From Polyangiaceae bacterium (GTDB lineage: Bacteria > Myxococcota_A > Polyangia > Polyangiales > Polyangiaceae), in assembly GCA_044222475.1 (NCBI GenBank), contig JBGANF010000035.1, positions 1 to 64,000 of the forward strand: a stretch of 64,000 nucleotides of DNA, given 5' to 3'. Shown one piece after another: positions 61,949 to 64,000 of the stretch; within the stretch, counting starts at the first letter, position 1; each line of letters begins with the position of its first letter. A program made the translations under genes and the position numbers. Below the pieces are notes generated by a model. It saw nothing but the letters and a program-made list of their open reading frames with translations. It had not been told where the DNA came from and made no database searches.

Positions 61949-64000
61949 ATGAGGACGAGGATTTCGACCCGGCTCTGGCGTAGCCCTGGCCTGCGCGCGC
62001 TCGTCGCGCTCGGTCTTCTCTCGATCTTGGCGCCGATGCACGGCGCCCGCGCGGCGTGGCCCCCCGCGCCCAACGCGGATTTCACGGATCCGCAGAACTG
62101 GCCCAACGACCCCGGGTACGGCGGGCGCTGGAACTACTGGTCGTTCCTCCCCAAGCAAGACACCGGGGCGAGCCCGTACATCGCCGCGGATCAGAAGCTC
62201 GGCGCCTCGGGCATGAGCGTCGACAAGGCGTGGACCCTCACCATCGGGCGCCCCGACGTGCGCATCGCCGTGCTCGACTCGGGCATCGAGTGGGAGTCGG
62301 CCGACATCGCCAACAAGACGTGGCTCAACAAGACCGAGCTCTCGGGCTCCCACAAGCCCCAAGACAAGAACGGCAACGCCTGCGGCGGCATCGCCGACCT
62401 CGCCGGCTACGACTGCAACGGCGACGGCATCTTCAGCGTGGCCGACTATCGCGACGATCCGCGCATCAGCCCGGTCGTCACCGGCGAGAAGTGCAACCCG
62501 GGGATGGACCCTGCCAAGCCCGGACCGAACGATCGCATCACCGGCGACCTGAACCGGAACTGCATCCTCGACGCGGGCGACCTCATCGAGCTCTTCTCCG
62601 ACGGCGTCGACGACGACGACAACGGCTACGTCGACGACATCTCCGGGTGGGACTTCTACAAGAACGACAACAACGCCTACGACGACACTCGCTATGGCCA
62701 CGGCACCGGCGAGGCGAAGGACTCCGTCGCCGAGGGCAACAACGCCGTCGACACGATCGGCACCTGCCCGCGCTGCACCTTCCTCCCGTTGCGGGTCGGC
62801 GAGAGCTTCATCGCCGACGCGAACGATTTCGCGAAGGCGGTCGTCTACGCGACCGACATGGGCGCGAAGGTCGTGCAAGAGGCGCTGGGAACCCTGAACC
62901 AGACCGCGTTCTCCAAGGCCGCGATCGACTACGCCTACGAGCACGGCACGCTGATCGACGCCAGCATGGCGGACGAGAACTCGCGCCACCACAACATGCC
63001 GGCGGTCGCGAACCACACGCTGCCGGTGCACTCGATCCGCTACAACGGCGACAACTTCCGGAACTCGACGACGTTCCTCGCGTTCGACTCCTGCACGAAC
63101 TACGGCGGACACGGCGGGCTCAGCGTGAGCGGCACCTCCTGCGCGAGCGAAGCCACCGGACGCATGGCCGGTATCGCCGGCCTCGTGTACGCGATGGGCC
63201 TCTCGCTCCCGAACCCCATCAACCTCAGCGCAGAAGAGGTGATGCAGGTCATGAAGATGAGCGCCGACGACGTCGACGTGGCGGAGTCGCGCATCGTCAA
63301 CCCGGAGACCGGTCTCGCCCCCTTCTACGAGTCGAAGGCCGGCTGGGATCAGCGCTTCAACTACGGTCGCCTCAACGCCTTCAAGGCCGTGACGATGGTC
63401 AAGGAAGGGCGCATCCCGCCCGAGGTCGACATCGTGTCGCCCACTTGGTACCAGCCGATCTTCGCGAGCCGCGTGCAAGGCCCGATCGCGATCATGGGGC
63501 GCATCGCGGCGACGCGCGCGAACTCGTACGACTACGCCGTCGAGTGGGGCGCGGGCGTCCACCCCGACGACGCGGCCTTCAAGCCCCTCATCACCGAGGT
63601 CAAGAACGTACCGGCCGGCACCATCACCGGCGGCAACGCCGTCCCGCTCGCCTCCTTCGATCCGCGCCAGATCGACACGAAGAACGTGCCCGATCTCGAC
63701 TCGGCGCCGCTCTGCAACCGCGACAAGAGCTTCTGCTGGGGCCCGAACGATCGCACGATCACGATCCGCGTGCGTACCGTGGCTCACTACGCCGCCGGCG
63801 ACGTCCGGGGCGAAGCGCGCCGCACCGTCTCGATCACCAACGCGCTCAACGGAGAGGACCCCGATCTCGTGTCCGGCTTCCCGGTCGATCTCGGCGCTTC
63901 GGGCGAAGGCAACGCGAAGCTCGCCGATCTCGACGGCGACGGCACGCGCGACGTCATCTTCCCCGCGAGCGACGGCACGATCCACGCCTTCAACGTGCGC
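61949..64000 (+). CDS. Secreted S8 (subtilisin-like) peptidase with Ca-binding/FG-GAP repeats; truncated by the window end
   Basis: Open frame from ATG 61949 to the window end (absent from the ORF track because it has no stop); signal peptide, IAVLDSG, DDDDNGYVDDISGWDF, GHGT, SGTSCASEATG, ADLDGDGTRDVI. Confidence 0.85.
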   Translation, partial: MRTRISTRLWRSPGLRALVALGLLSILAPMHGARAAWPPAPNADFTDPQNWPNDPGYGGRWNYWSFLPKQDTGASPYIAADQKLGASGMSVDKAWTLTIGRPDVRIAVLDSGIEWESADIANKTWLNKTELSGSHKPQDKNGNACGGIADLAGYDCNGDGIFSVADYRDDPRISPVVTGEKCNPGMDPAKPGPNDRITGDLNRNCILDAGDLIELFSDGVDDDDNGYVDDISGWDFYKNDNNAYDDTRYGHGTGEAKDSVAEGNNAVDTIGTCPRCTFLPLRVGESFIADANDFAKAVVYATDMGAKVVQEALGTLNQTAFSKAAIDYAYEHGTLIDASMADENSRHHNMPAVANHTLPVHSIRYNGDNFRNSTTFLAFDSCTNYGGHGGLSVSGTSCASEATGRMAGIAGLVYAMGLSLPNPINLSAEEVMQVMKMSADDVDVAESRIVNPETGLAPFYESKAGWDQRFNYGRLNAFKAVTMVKEGRIPPEVDIVSPTWYQPIFASRVQGPIAIMGRIAATRANSYDYAVEWGAGVHPDDAAFKPLITEVKNVPAGTITGGNAVPLASFDPRQIDTKNVPDLDSAPLCNRDKSFCWGPNDRTITIRVRTVAHYAAGDVRGEARRTVSITNALNGEDPDLVSGFPVDLGASGEGNAKLADLDGDGTRDVIFPASDGTIHAFNVR

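Overview
This is a high-GC, gene-dense window that looks like core chromosome from a myxobacterium. Polyangiaceae-like origin is inferred from RomR, SgmX and DigR homologues, several Hanks-type Ser/Thr kinases, AgmX/PglI-type domains and Cys-rich lipoproteins. It holds about 58 CDS and one tRNA-Pro(CGG). Recognisable genes include tolQRAB, pdxA, two tldD plus one tldE/pmbA, skp-lpxD-fabZ-lpxA, hrcA, romR-valS, holB, thiE, bioA, an NtrC-type activator, and a large S8 peptidase cut by the window end. No CRISPR array, prophage or intact transposase was found. The most notable observations are: (1) a TAnnnT hexamer 5-9 nt before at least 15 start codons, mostly without a Shine-Dalgarno, suggesting pervasive leaderless mRNAs; (2) a dispersed palindromic element whose first bases (CTAG) supply the stop codon of three unrelated genes; (3) a rhomboid lacking its catalytic dyad and carrying an SspB-like LRVV tail; (4) two candidate trans-envelope kinase signalling modules; (5) tandem Kazal-domain lipoproteins sharing a palindromic upstream motif; (6) a truncated, divergent lpx cluster. 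All calls come from motif recognition by eye, with no database searches, and several start codons were re-assigned relative to the ORF track.
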